This document shows positions 39,041 to 54,200 of a stretch of DNA of 64,000 nt, one piece after another. This DNA is from Lytechinus pictus. Lineage: Eukaryota. The number at the start of each line of letters is the position of its first letter. The stretch's first letter is position 1. Where the stretch lies: positions 13,516,001 to 13,580,000 of the forward strand of contig NC_087245.1 in NCBI RefSeq assembly GCF_037042905.1, in the 5' to 3' direction. Made by a program: the position numbers and the translations under genes. The notes below the pieces were generated by a model. That model made no database searches. It had not been told where the DNA came from and saw nothing but the letters and a program-made list of their open reading frames with translations.

Positions 39041-40598
39041 GATTTATCAGGAATTGAAACAAAATTTATATTGAAATACCATTAATTTTATTTATTTGGA
39101 AGAATGGTACTATTTCCTAATAGGATAAACTTATTTATAGTAAGTAAAACTAAAAATACGATCTATAAATTAAGGTACCTGTATTTTCAACACCATTTCC
39201 TTTCGCTCTGTAGGCCCTGCTTGGTAGGTGATTCATCAGTTTTTCACAAAAAATAATTACCACCCCATACAGGATGCAGGCTTCAAAATTAACATTTGGA
39301 AAAAATTATTTCAATTCTTATATTTTTCTTGCGTATTTCATATATTAAAATTATTTCAAGACTACCTCTCTGAGTTATTTAACTGAAGAGTCTTACATTT
39401 GTCTAACCTTTTTAAGTCATTGCCGGTGATTTGTTTTATGTGAGAACATTAATAGTTTGAACGTCACGTAATCTCAACTGTTTATCTCAATTGTAATAGC
39501 AACAGCTAGGGAAAACATTGATCTTATTTATTATAGAATTTCTTATAGCTTTTTGTAGATACATTATGGGAAGTGTTTCATTTTTTTTACATATAAAAAA
39601 CAGCCAGAGGCGACTGCTATACTTATACTGAAATATGATTTCCCATGGGCATGGCATATTTGTCATAGACTTCTATGTAACATTTTGTTAGACCTATTGG
39701 TTACAAGGATTGTAAAGCCGGCCTGGGCAATTACTATAAATATTACATATAAAATACGGGAGTTATTAGCTTCTTGATAAACATAACATGGTGCTGAATA
39801 CGTGTACAGTTTCAAAGAATTCTCTTTCTAATTTTTAATTTATCAATTACGTTTTAACCGCATGTGTTACTACTTATCTTAATCTTGATGAACTCGCTGT
39901 GTTCGAAACAAAGCGAATATTAAACTTCTCTACGAAAATTGAATATGATAACTTGATAAGGTATTATTTTTCACGATTTAAAGGAGAATCTTGTTGTGTA
40001 AGCTGCACCTATATGTAGGTCAGTCTGATGTAGATACAGCTTCGAATGTATATTAATCAATGGATTGTGTTTTAAAAAAACGTTTTCTTGTATCATCACA
40101 CTCATCACACTAAGCATTCGAATGTCATCAATCACAAAACAGTAATGCCTCAGTAGCAGAGAAGAATATTTCTTTACTCTTGTGTAATTTCAAGATAATG
40201 GATGGCAATTTGGCAACTTGAAGAGATTTATATAATCCTTTTTATTTTTTTCGCTTTGTAACACATTCATGCAGATTATGTTTTGGACACCAAATTCAAC
40301 CTGAATTATCGGTGCATGCTGGGGAGATCGGAACAAAACATTGATTGAAACATACGGGACTTAATTCGTGTTCACGCAAATAAAAAAAGACTCTGACATG
40401 TGTATGTATATAAAGTTACACGTGTAGTATGTGTATAAACAATACAATTCAAACTGAAATTATCACAAAAAGATACAAAACAAGATGATATCTGCCATAC
40501 AGTATGTTCACATTGTGGACTATTTGCAGATGTGGTTCACACAAACAGCACTGAAAGTAATTTCACTCTGTGGATACCTCGACAGTGCGAGTGTTTAC

Positions 40599-40865
40599 CA
40601 GTGGCGTACAGATGAGGAGGGGGGTTGTGGCGCTTTCCCTCCAAAATTTTCAAGAGCAAGAGAAAAAAAATAGAAAAGAAAAGAAAGAGAGAAGGGTAAA
40701 ATATAATATTATTTTCTGAATGTTACGTCAAAATCTATCACAAAATTGGATTTTTGTAATAAAAATGTTGAAATTTTCGCTCGCTCGCAACTTTTTTTTT
40801 AACAAGTTTTGCCCGCTACGCCATATTTGTCCCCTTCAAATTTTGTTTGGCTCATTACGTCAATG
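40599..40865. mobile_element. hAT-like MITE with 8-bp target duplication
   Basis: GTGTTTAC|CAGTGGCGTA ... TACGTCAATG|GTGTTTAC; internal GCTCGCTCGC motif. Confidence 0.78.
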
Positions 40866-42224
40866 GTGTTTACAATGTACTGAGCGAAATATGTGAAAAT
40901 GTGATTTCACATTGTGTTCCACACTGAAGGACATTGTGTCCTTCGAGTATGGAACAGTGGCAGACAAACATGTAACCTATGTAAGCGACGTTAATGTTGG
41001 TGTGTTTTACCAGTGCACTGTTCCTTCACTTTGGTGTAGACAAAAAATATACTAATATACATTCGAGGAATAAAAAGGTTTGTCAACATTGCATTAAAGA
41101 AATTACCATGTCGTGATACTTTGGATGTTGTCTCGTAGGACCTTGCAATGTCATTTTGCACTACCCATTCCGAGACCTTTCCTTTACAGTAGATATAATT
41201 ATTTTGCCTATTTTCCAGGGCTGTCACGCTTTCAAGCTCTGCTTTTGTGACAACCCTTGCATACTGCTATCTTAAATTGTATACGTATTTATGATATATG
41301 ATGATTAATATGCAAAAATATGTGTTCATTATCTTTATGTCAAATTTTATGCTGCTAAAACCAATAAATTAAATGAAATATCCTTTTATTTTTGTAACGC
41401 AAGTTACCGAAATTTAACTTGTCAAGAATTTTAAACCAAGTTTGATCAATGATTTTAATTCTTATTTTGATCAGTCTATGTCTACTTTACATTTGATGCA
41501 AATAGTAAATCATAGCTCACAACAATTTGAAAGATTACATTCTTAAATCCCTATTAGTAACGCGTATTATAAAGGAAAAGTGCACATAATAGATCAAATT
41601 GCATTACCATAGATGGTCTTCTTTTTGTAAAAAATAGATTACAAACTTTGTAGTATAATGCATCCTTGTTTTTATTGTAATGTCTCCAACAGCTGGTATT
41701 GAATTGAATACATTTGTATATTGAAATTACAGATATTATATTATTATTATGGGTTTATATTTTAAGTACTAATTATGTGTATATGTGATGATTCTGAAGA
41801 TCAAATCATATTCCATTTTTGTATTGATAAATCTTAAAATAAATATTGAGCTCCCATGAAGTGTAAATATTGCTTGGAGAAATCTCTTTACTTTGAAAAT
41901 ATTATTTTTGTTTTGTAACTTTGAATTAAAAATACAAACTTTTGAAATTTAAATGCAGCTCTTCCATTTGCTTTATTAGTTTTTTCTCAATAAGATTTTG
42001 GTGCTATAGTTTGCGTGCACTCTTTGGGTTTTCTTTTCTATTAATTTGTCAAGAATTGATATAATATCAGTTATGCACTCATTTATACAACTAAAAGATT
42101 AGAAAGGAAAGTTGACGAAGCCTGCAGTATTTCAGTTTGTGTGACGAATGGATTGTATAATTGCTTGTGTTTACATTCATATACATGTATTATACAAATC
42201 TACTATTTGGTATGTAAACTTCTG

Positions 42225-42566
42225 ATTCGTCTATCACATGGTCTACCTTCATTGAGTCTAATGCCATTCCGTCCATCCACATTTCGTCTAACAACCTATT
42301 TTGGTCCGATAATCACTTCGTCTAATCACCAGTGCGTTTATGACCATTTCGTCTCCTAACCAGTTTGTCTAATACTCATTTTCTTTCAAGTCATTTCGTC
42401 CAATTAGACTAAATGGTATATGGACCAAATGGCTATTAGACGAAATTATGAGTGGATGAAATGAAAATTAGAATATGTGGATGGTGGACGAATTTATTTT
42501 AGACCAAAGGATAGTAGACGAGTTGGTAATTGGACGAATTGGCATTATACCAATTGGAAATAAACC
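42225..42566. repeat. Palindromic array of ~15-bp TTCGTCTAA / TTAGACGAA units (DNA-transposon derived)
   Basis: Left half repeats TTCGTCYA; right half repeats TRGACGAA; orientation switches at ~42400. Confidence 0.65.
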
Positions 42567-42576
42567 ATTTGGTATG

Positions 42577-42850
42577 GATGTGTGTGGGTGAGGGTGTGTG
42601 TGTGGGGTGTATGGGTGTGTGGGTGTGTGTGGCGATGACTGTGACAAGAAGAAATGAGAGATTATGAGACATTATTCGAAGAGAAGTTTTACGACGTATG
42701 GTAAATATTATAATGATTTATGAGAGGATAATGACGATAAAAGTGATAATGATGAAAATGATGATGATATTGATAATCAATGATGATGACAGCAATGATT
42801 AGGATGACGAAAATTATAGAATGATGAATACCACATAGACGATTATGATG
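42577..42850. repeat. (GT)n followed by (GAT)n low-complexity repeats
   Basis: Direct inspection. Confidence 0.75.
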
Positions 42851-45208
42851 GTGATTTTAATGGGGTTGGAAACGATGTTTGTGTTATTTATGACCTGATA
42901 CTACCAAAAAAAAATTGTGTGATTAATAATGATACCAAATTAACATAAACACAAATGATAAGTAATTATAACAACAATTATAATAGAAAATAGCAAGAAT
43001 AAGCGGGTTGAAAATCAAAACGAGGAGAAATATCATGAACAGCTCACATATAACATGTATAACGCAAAACATTTAAAATGTCATAACTCCAAGTTTTTCT
43101 GCTTTTATTGAAAGCAATTTATTTTCAGGGTAACATTCCCGTTTCAAAACATGATACTACAATCAGACTCACACTTTTAGATCCGGAAGTGACAATTTGC
43201 TGCAAATTTCCCGTTCTGGACATTCGGGGGGGGGGGGGGGTCCTTTCTCGCATGATGCGGCCAAGTCGTGGAATCAACTTCCCCAGTCACTTCGCAGTAT
43301 TAGAGCGCATGACACCTTTAATCTATACCTTCAAAACTATACCAAGATTTAAATGCTTTGAATTCTATATACATCTAAATCTTGTTTTGTTATCTTTCTC
43401 TGGTCTTATTGGTATCCTGTTGGGGGGGGGGGGGGTGCTGTGTCCTTATTTGCTATAGCCCTTCTGTGAGTATTCGGCTGCCAACGCTTGTCCCTCAAAT
43501 TGTGGGTGAACGGAACAGAAAGGAGGGTACCGGGTCCATTCAGGATTTAGCAAGGATTTCCAGCGACTGTTGCCAAATTATATACTCACCAATGTTTGTA
43601 TAATTTGTGTAACTGATTTATTTACAGAATATGTTTATATTTGTAGTTTGTTTCTGTATTATAAAAAACAACTGTTGCTGGGATAGCGCCATTAGCGTCT
43701 TTGGACGGAGTGTGCACTGAATAAAATCAACACCATTCATAATAAAAATAATGAAGAAATTGATGGTGATAATAATTATGATGAAAATAATGATGACAAA
43801 AATAATGATATTAATTATAATCATATCATCATAGAATGTATTATATTGTTATCATACAATTGATTAATTGTAGTTAGAATGGTGGTGATGCTTTTCCAAT
43901 TTTCTATTGTTTTCTATTTTTCAATAGTAAGCGATTTGTAAAGACAGAATAATTCATTTAACCAATCATGAAAGTAAAAAACAAATCTTATCTTTAAGAA
44001 TAATATGGTTTTCTTATTCATTAATACGTATCAAACAGAATAACTTTCGGTTTCCGAAAAGGATGTCATTAATAAAGCATCGAATGACCGTATGATGCAT
44101 CGATCGACAAGGGAGTTTTGATATTCAAGTGGATAGATGTCGTTGAACAAAACTGATCTATTGTCTACTCTTATGAGGATTGACAGCCTGGATACTAGAG
44201 CTAGTTTCACAGCCGACTAATATAAACACAATGATTCAAGTCTTCCCACGCAATATCATATCAAATTATATTTAGAAACGCTTGGCAGGGCCGGCACCGT
44301 TGGGGTGGCGATTTGGCGGTCACTGTCTTTATTTTCGAATTGAAGTAATTAAAAAAACCCAAGAAATTGCAGAATGGAGGAATAAGATTAATGAATAGAG
44401 GATTGGGTGACTTCTGCCCCTATCATTTTAATTCAGACAAAATGCGGCCATTCTTAGGTTTTAATACCTCCCCCTTCCCTTAAGATAGTCTGGCACGTAA
44501 TCCTACTATATGCATTCAAGATTATATCATAAGAAACCGAGTGATCACTTTCGGATTACTCTGACATTTCAACAGTAGTGTCTATCGCTCAGAGTTTCTT
44601 GTGCGAGACTACATTGGTGATTTGGGAAAGAATCTCCTGATTTGGGAAAGAAACTCCTGAAATTCACCTGATCACTTCCAAACGACAATATGACGACTGA
44701 TTAATGATCCTATCGGCGATCAATTGAAAGTTGAAGACGACGACAAGAAAAATAACGATAAATTACTGTTCGTAAGTCTTTGTAGTGCATTCAAGAAGAT
44801 ATCGAAACCATTTGTTTTTAGCATAACCGGAGCTGACGAGACCACTTCACTTTACAACCATATTCAAATTACATTTACAGCTAATACAAGGGAGTATCAT
44901 TTAGGTAGAACTGCCAGTACAACCCTATATACATCGTGGATAAGCTGTTTAGATATCATCGAATGACATTCCGACCTACATTTTCAAAGATGTGTAAATT
45001 GCGATGCAATTAAAGGATGAATATGCGTTGAAATTCTTATTTTAACTTACTTCTCCACAAAGTCGCTACAAACAGGTGGAGAAGAATAAGAGATTTTGCA
45101 GGTTTAGACTGATCGATGAAAAAAGCCGTAGCCGACAGACGTTATAGTTATATTATGCTCAGCTTTTCTAATACTGTATCAGAAGAAGAGAGTTTAGAGT
45201 CTGTGACT

Positions 45209-45296
45209 ATGGGACGACGCCGACCTCATATCTTTTTATTAGGTGTTGTGATTTTCTCCGAACTGATTCCTCTTAGTTTTGCAGATGACTGTTATG
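45209..45296 (+). CDS. Gene 3 exon 1: signal peptide (MGRRRPHIFLLGVVIFSELIPLSFA|DDCYG)
   Basis: Basic N-terminus, hydrophobic core, S-F-A cleavage motif, G|GTAAAT donor in phase 1. Confidence 0.75.
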
Positions 45297-48200
45297 GTAA
45301 ATACAAGTTTATCTTTTATTCATTCTTTCTTGTACAATAAAGTAAATTTGTGTTGTTGATTGGATAAGTTATCAAGATGTTTACATGATTCACTATAGGC
45401 ACGTAAACATGTTTGATGTACCATTTATAATGTGGCAGAACTCGAAGCATTTTGTACACGGATTTTGAAATAGCTGATAATGATAACAACAATAATGATA
45501 ATAATGCTAACATTTATAGGGCGCTTTATACGGGTGTTTCAAGCACACAGGTGGTGTGACTAAGGTAAAAAATGAATCCATTAAAAAATGCTAGCCTTGA
45601 GAAAAGATGAGTTTTAAGTGAAGATTTGAAATCCTCGGAAATAATCGGAAAACTATTAGGCCCAATATTAAAGTATGTATTCAAATAGTTTCATACATAC
45701 ATACATACATGTATAAATGCATTATACTTTTTAAATATAAATGATAATAATTATAATGAAGGAACATTATTGGTCCTTACATTTTTATAGTTATGATCAC
45801 ATTTCAAAAGGTTTAACCTTTGTTGAGATTCTGATGTCGACGCCTCCGTAGGAATAGTGGCGCCTATGTCGGACTTCTAGTAAACAGACGAGACCAAAGA
45901 AAAATCATAAAAGTTAATGGTTTTTATTATTAAAAAGCCACTTCATATTCATTTCGATAAGACAATCGAAAATGAATCTATATCAGTATAACAAATGTAT
46001 ATTTGACATATCTACTTCGGAATGAGTACATAGGAAAACTATCTGATCAATTTCGAGGTATCAACGTCACAGGACTACCGATTCACTTTACCCTAAGAGT
46101 TCAGGCCATTAGGATAGAATGCTCACCGTAAAAAATGCCTATAGTTCTTACAATTATTACTTGTAGGATTATTCAAAACGTGAATAACGCATGTTTGTAG
46201 ACTGTAGAGTGACAGCGATCAGATACATCTAGGAAACTAGATGACAAACCCAAAGTTCACAAAAATCAATAATGGAAATGCTTCTTTTTGTTAATTAATT
46301 GGATCCGAAAAAATAAATGTAAACTTGATTCACGAATGCACTTGAACCTTACCATCTGATACGATAATATAGATATGTCTATTTGGAAATCTAGCCGTTG
46401 AATTTGTTACATTCTGAGAAACTTAATTAAACCCCAAAGTGGCTTAATCCGCATTGCCAAATTTGGAACTCTGATGGCGTGACGAGTGAGAAATAATGAG
46501 AAAAAGGCTGGTGATTGCCGTTGAAGAGTCCAAGTCCTTTCCCAAAAGACGTCGACGACGCCTGGGTGCCTCAAACGGGACCCATATAGATGTTTCTTTT
46601 TATGAACGCGGATAGGCCTATTGGCAGGCGGTGTGTAGAAAAAGTGACACAAGCGCGTCTCGAAAATTGGACTAGACTTTAATTCCGTCATTAATGGTTT
46701 GAATAAGCTTAATTGTGTAATAGTAGAGCGTATAAGCTCTAAAAATCACAACAATTGTGCAAATTTTGACTAAAGCATGAAACTTTCACAAGTATTAGTT
46801 TATGCTGTAAGGTTTATTTTATAGATGGGAGGTAAATTTATAAATGCCATTAACGGCCGAATATGGCATTTGTAAATTTACCTCCCGTCTTTGAAGTAAA
46901 TCTTACGGCATATACTAATATTTGTGAAAAGTTTCATGCTTTAGTCATAATTTGTAAAATTTTTCGGCTTATCCTCTCTAAAGACTTCAATGGAAAATAA
47001 TGTTTTAGGTCATTGGGAAAGCAAAAAACGACGATTTTATATATGTTACATACCGACACTACGCACGAGAAATGAAAAAAAATGTGATAACTCGTTATGA
47101 CAATAAAGTTTTTACATGTATCTCCTTCAGGCAGGTTAGAGGAAATCGATATCCCATTTGACACGAAAGGTAAAAGCTTTCAATTCACCTTAAACACGCC
47201 TATCTGTTACAACGCATTTGCCAAAGATGAAGATCACAGATTGAGACTGAACTTCTCCAGTTTTGAAATGAATGAGGGATATGACTATGTGGAGGTAGGC
47301 GATCTCCGGGAAGACAAGATAAGGTCGAAAGATAGCTTACTCGCTCGGTTCAGGTATGGTTGTATAATTTTTCTTCTTGAACATGTGGAAGATCAGCGTG
47401 GTTTAGAGTCCCTTCATTGAAATGAGTCAATTTACCAGTTATTCTCTAGAAACTAGACAGAGATACCCTTGTTTATTTCTATTACATGACACTCTGTTGT
47501 TTTCTTTCGCCATTCCCATATAAGTCCGTTCCATAAAGTTTCGAGTCCCTATAGTGGAGACATTTTAAATATCGTCAAGAATTATTTATTTGGTTCTTCC
47601 TATTTCAGTAGACAAAAAGTCCTCTACAGTGCGTCCCAAAAAAAACTATACACTTTTGAAATGGCTGCCAAATAAAAATATAACACTTTGGGGGAAATAA
47701 CTTATAGATATGGAAAGCCAATAAAGTCAACTTTTAAGTGAAACCAAAAAGTTGGAAAACTATTCATGCTTGAGCGAGCACTGCCCACTGAAACAAAGGG
47801 TATGAAAATTAGGGTGGGCCGGAATTAGCCTTCCAATTTCTTTCAAGTTTTTTGTTTGGTACTTGCAAAGTTGAGGGTTATTTGGTGAATTAAAGATCAG
47901 TTGTGATCAGTTTGTTGTTTGTGAAAATTTAATGCGTTATTAAATTGAATTTATTACATTGAAATTTAATGCATGAGTGATCGTGAATTGCAATTTTTAG
48001 TGCAGCATTTTGTCTTTATCATGTGGATCTCAACAATGTATTTATGAAAGTCAGGAGAAGAGGGGGTAATATGACTTAGGTAGGTGAAGTACGTTGATGG
48101 GATAAAGGTCAACATAACATTTAGCATCCCCTCCCTCCATCTCAACCCCCGGCCCCGCTTCTCTCCTCCTCAGACACTTCGACTAGGCTGAGCAGGAAGA

Positions 48201-51200
48201 CCTTACAGTTTTTTTGAGTGGTTAGTCCTTTGGAACTTGCTAAGCTAAATGAATGAGTGAGATAAGTTTTGGTTTCTTAGGCAAATTTCATGAGTTACTA
48301 AATTGAAATTTAATGCATGAGTGAACAGGAATTGAAATTTTAGTGTAGCATATTCATCTTGTGGGCCTCAGAAGTGTGTTCGTGAGAGTCAGAGTAATGT
48401 GATGGTACCTGTTACAAGCAAGAGGGCGAGATATGCTAAAACTTGGTTAAAAGGGCATTCCTCTTCTTTTTGTCCTTTTACAAATTAAAAGTCATAATTA
48501 TGTACCCTCCCCTCTCCACCTCCATTTCCCAGCCCCCCCTCTCTGTCTCACTTCCTGGAATGTAGCCTATTCAAAACTAAGCTGCCAAGTGACCGATGGC
48601 TGATGGTCATTTTTTTATTGAATTATAACCAAGAAATTTAATGATTATGATGATTAATGAAATAATTTATTGAAAAAAAACTGAATGTTTGATTGATCAC
48701 ATTGCACATTGAATGATTTGATTTAATGATAAATTGTTGATGAAATGATTGATAGCAAAAGTTGATGCCCCAATTCAGAATTAATCATTAAAGGGGAATC
48801 CAGCCTTGGCCATTAAATGTTGTGTTGGGAAGGAGAAAAATAAATTAAACAGAATGGTGAAAGTTTGAAAGAAATCGGACAAGCAATAAGAAAGTTATAG
48901 CTGCTTTAAAATTGAGATCACTAATACTATGTAGATTTCAAATTGGCAACTGGATAAGTAAATTATGACAAGGGGCAAGGACAACTTTCCCATAGGCCAT
49001 GTACTTTATTATCAGGGATTAGTGGTTTTCTCCTAAGTACCCATTCCCATGGGGCAGTAATCTAAATATAACCCAGGTAGTATATTGTTTTATGTCCTCA
49101 TGAAAGAGAAATATTAATTTGAAATAAAACTTTTGGGAAAAAATCACATTTTCGCCATAATATGAAATGGAGTACATGGAAGAGTAGTCCTTGCCTTACA
49201 TCACTATGACATCTCATATGCGGCCAATTTGAAGTCTCCATGGGTACAGTGATTACCAATATTTACAACTTTTAAAAATTCATAACTTTCTTGTTGTTTG
49301 TCCAATATTATTCAAACTTTCACCTATCAACTTGTCTGATTTTTCTTTTCCTTATAAAAACAATTTTTTATTTGGGTTGGATTCCCCTTTAAATCAACAT
49401 TCCGCTCTGGACTTCACGCGTACATGACAATAGCCATCAGTCTTTCAACAGGAGGGGAGGGCGGGAAAGAAGGAGGGGGCGGGGGCTGAATGTTCTGTTG
49501 ACCCTTATTCCATCAACCTACTTCTCCCACTTAAGTCCTATCTCATCCCCTATTCTCCCGACTTCCATGAACACACTGCTGAGATCCACATGATAAAGTT
49601 GAAATGCTGCCCAAAAAGAGATCCAAATGATAAAGTTGATATGCTGCCCCAAAAGTGTAATTTGTGTTCACTCATGCATTTAAGTTCAATTTAATAATTT
49701 ATAAACTTTGCATAAGCTACCAAAACTGGTAACGGTTGATCATTAATTTATCACAACGCCCTTAACTTTGCAAGTTCGAAAGGAATTGCCTCTTAAAAAC
49801 TGACATAAATTGGAAGGCTAATTCCAGCCCACCCTAATTTTCATACCCTTTGTTTCAGTGGACAGTGCTCGCTCAAGCATGAATAGTTTTCCAACTTTTT
49901 GGTGTCATTTGAAAGTTGACTTTATTGGCTTTCCATATATGTAAGTCTTTTCCCCCAAAATGCTATATTTTTTATTTGGCAGCCATTTCAAAAGTGTATA
50001 GTTTTTTTTTGGGACGCACTGTAGGAGTCTAGGTATTGTCGAATATCTAAAACCTTCGCCCTCCCACATGCACATCCGTATACCTCTGTGTAGAAAATTA
50101 ATATAGTCCTACAGCAATATCTTTTGATTTACCGATTCCCAGGCATCATTAAACAAAGATGAATTGGAACATACACCAAATATCTGCCCCATGGTAGGTG
50201 ATTTTCCCCTGTTTATTATCTATCAATCCGTCATATGCAAGGATTTGTTGTAGGGCCTATATAGTTTATACCATGGAGCTATGTTTTATAGCTCCATGTT
50301 TATACTGGCGAAAAACGTTTACTACTTGCTTCAGGAAATTCCCCCCCCCCCCTCTGACCCCTGGTTATGCTGGTTTGCTTTATTTCATATTCATTAAAAT
50401 CAACTTACTGCCGCGATGACTTAGGGTCTTTTCAAACGTAAATCATTGTTATGATGATTGCAATTCGTCTTTAGAATCACCGGACCTTTCATACGGAAAA
50501 TTAGTAACGTAATTTGAGTGAAACTGGAATTCACCTCCGGAGTGGAATTTGAATTCGTGATTGTGATTAGCGTTCGTGATTCTACTTTGGTTTTACACGT
50601 GCTAAAATTCGTCATGAGCCTAGCTTATTTTTAACTGGAATCATCATTCAAATTACGTGTTTTTTTTTTACCGTCTGAAAGGGCGGTTAGCCATTTTCTT
50701 AACAAACAACTTACTAGAACACATGTTGATGATGATGATTAACCACTAGGTTATGTTCCTTTGTTTTAACACTCCTTTTCATCGTTAAAGTGGGCGTGTT
50801 CTACCCAAAGATGTCGTTTCCTTGAGCAGCGGCATGTGGATTGAACTTCTGGTTAACGAAGAATTAGTTAAGTCTCATAGAAGAAAGGTGGAGTTCACTG
50901 TGACAGCTGAAGAACGACAAGGTAAGATGCAGCCATATCAAAGTGACGTCTATCCTTATCAAACCGATTTGAGTGAAGTGAAATGAAACAGATTAACGAA
51001 AATTACCTTAAGCATTTGGAAACTCACAAAATTGAAGCGTTTGGAGTTATGTTGTATGTATTTATTTAAAAAAAGAATCACAGAGTGTTCTCCAGACTAA
51101 TGCAAGAATGCGGGTCACTGACTGCTCACGAATGACTAGTTCGCATATAACAATTTTGATTATTAGAATAATTCGTTTTCTACAAGCATGACAAGTATAA

Positions 51201-54200
51201 GATTGGGGAAACTTCTCTTCTTTTTAAGTTATTATCCGTTTGGTTGAAAAGGTTAAAGAATTACATTGAGCGAAAAATCAAAACAACACATGCCTCTTTA
51301 TCCATGCTGAATCATTTCTGCAGTTGACATCAAGCTAGAATGCCCGACCCAATCACCTTCGAACATAACATACCCGGAGTTGGGGGGAAACTACAGCAAC
51401 AACGGCTACCGGCTCTGGTGGATACAAACAACCCCACCGTGCAACATCACAGTATATCCAATGGAATTTTGGTTAGGGCAACAATACGACTTAGTCTTTC
51501 TGACAGAAAACACAACAGGACCATTCCGAAGGCACACCTCCTTCAATCTTACTGGCAGGAGAGAACCACAGTATCTCCAAGGGAAGGCTTATACATCAGC
51601 AAGCAACAATCTGGTTGTCTTTTTCACATCGAATTTCGAAGTGCAGAGGCCCGGATTCACCTTCATACTCTTAGCAAATTCTACTGACGGAGAATATCCG
51701 ACATGTGAGTGGAGGCACGTTTTTACACTTGTTCACAAAACTCGATTAACATGCAAATGCAAAATAAATCAAAGGGTGATTTTGTAAACAATTTTCAATT
51801 TTTTTTACAATTATTACGATGACAACGTACAAATTTAATAAATTTGTATCTTTGAAAATGGCAATGAACACCTTTCAAACGTGCAACTTTCGGGTTATTG
51901 CGAAAGTTGATGCGTTGAACTCTTTTCCTCTAGGACGTTATGAGCCTATAAACTCACAACGTGATTTATTTTTCACACTGTTCTTTTTTATGACCTACAG
52001 AACAGGGTATTTTTTTAAGTAGTGCTTGTAAAAATATCTTTTTGCAGATGCTTCGACAGCGGAGTATCCAAGCAGGTCCCAGGTGTACCATGCTTCGTCA
52101 GTGACTACTACACATGTTGGTCAGGAAGATCAAGAACATAAAACAAAATTCTACCTTATAGTCGTTGGTGTGTCTGCAGTCGCTGTTGCCGTATCGGCTC
52201 TTCTCCTCGTTGCAGTGGTCAGATGCTACATTTCTGGCTCAAAGACTGGGACCTACAGCAGAGACAGTTGGAATAAATACTTTCCTACTGCCAGATCTGC
52301 ATCTACAGTGAGTTTTCCTTCTCGATTATGAACTAAAGGGATTGTTGTTAATCCAACCAGGTCTTGCCCCAATACGTTTTCTCGCTTTAAAATCGCAAAG
52401 AGCGCCCATTCCATGCATACCCTCAGAACAATTATTCTTGATAGGTATTGACTCTTTAAACTCCATTAATGAACTGACTTAACAAAGCTTCCTCATAGGC
52501 AGATCCAGGGGGACCCGAGGGACCCGCCCCCCCCCCTATTTGCGGAGCAAAAAAAAAGAAAAAAGGGAAAGAAAGAAAAAAAGAAGGGGAAAGAAAGGAG
52601 GAAAAAAGAAGACCAAAATAAGAGGAGGGAGACGAGTGAATAAAATAACGTCAGTGGAAGACTTGGAATATGATTTAAAATTATAAATTTCAAGTCCCTT
52701 CATTAAATTTTCGCTCGTGCTCGCATAGCCTGTTCAATGAGATACATACCTAGCTCAATAGGCTGATATGTAGCTTAAAATATCAAGTTTTGAAGTCAAT
52801 ATACAAAACACATTTCAGCTCGGACATCGAGCTTCCATTTTTTTGTTTGATTTACAAAGCTCTGTAAAATGTCCGTTTATGGTGTGAATATCATTTTGCA
52901 GCTTTTTGCGCTGTTCGCTCGCGTTATTTGATTTGCCAAGTATTATGATAGTTTATCCAAAATTACGTCTCGAGATTTGCGCTCGCATTAATCAAATAGT
53001 TCAAAAATATATCAACTCATAAATCCTATTCAAGATTACCAAAGTGCCTAAAATATCCAGTTTTCAGGCCTCAAATGTCAACAAATTTCACTCACTCATT
53101 AGGTTTATTATATTAATGAATATGATAATAAAATTTTCATGAATTCCTAATAACTAAATTGTCCCTTTTTCCAGAAAGGAATATCGACAAGTTTCATATC
53201 GCGCTTAGTAAGAGGAATAGGAAGATAGTCATCCTTTTTCATATGACAAAATGTCCTTAGGCCTAGAATGTACAGGTCCTAGGTCAAAATGATAATTAAG
53301 ATATCACCTCGCGCATTGTACTCGCATCATTTATTAAGTGCTATCCACATACACACAATTTCCCTACACAATGCTTTAGATAGTGATTAAATTCACCCTT
53401 TTCATACCGGAATATCAATCTTTTTCCGCTCGCGCTTCGCGCTCGCATTATTAATTTTCATGATAAAAAATAAATGTATTCAGAATGCCCAGATTCTGTT
53501 TAATTCTAAAAAACGCGCACATATGTTTATTGAAATACGCAGCTTGATCTTTTTTTTCAAAACGTGCTAAAATTATCAAATTTGCGCTCGCATTATTAAT
53601 GTAGGAACTTCATTTTTCATGATTTACAAAACATGAATAGAGTGTCCCATGTTTAGGTCTGAAATCTCTTTTTTCCGCTTGCGCTTCGCGCTCACATCAA
53701 TTGTTTAGTTTTATACCTATACCGTTTTAAAAAAGTGCTTAGAGTGTCATTTTTTTAGGTCGGAATTTCAAAAAAAATTCAGCTCGCGCTTCGCGCTCGT
53801 ATTATCTAAAAGTTGTAATAGGTATCGTCTTAATGGCTAACTGCAAATCGTCAATTTTTTGTTTGCTAATTACGCCACTGAGACAACCCCTTCAAGGAAA
53901 CAAACAAAAATCAACTTTGAGCGGCCGATCGGGGAAAATATGGGTGAGAAAAAATTTCGGCCCCCCCCCCTATTGACGGGAGCTGGATCCGCCCTGTTCC
54001 CTTATCTTGCCAAGCCATTGCAGCAAATACTGCTTTTACAATTTTGTAGTTATTAACTCTTGAATCTGTTCTTGTTCCATTGCAGGGAAGTTCTCTTGGT
54101 CGCTTCATCTCCTTTTCGCGTTACCCTGACGAAAGCTTCAGTGAGAGTTTCTCATCTGGAACACTCTCATCAAATACTCATTCCTCTGGTTCCTTCAGTG

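Noticed and set aside
51340-51687. Overlapping 115-aa ORF in the CUB2 exon of gene 3
   Set aside because: Alternative frame with no recognisable features; splice phases support the CUB frame.
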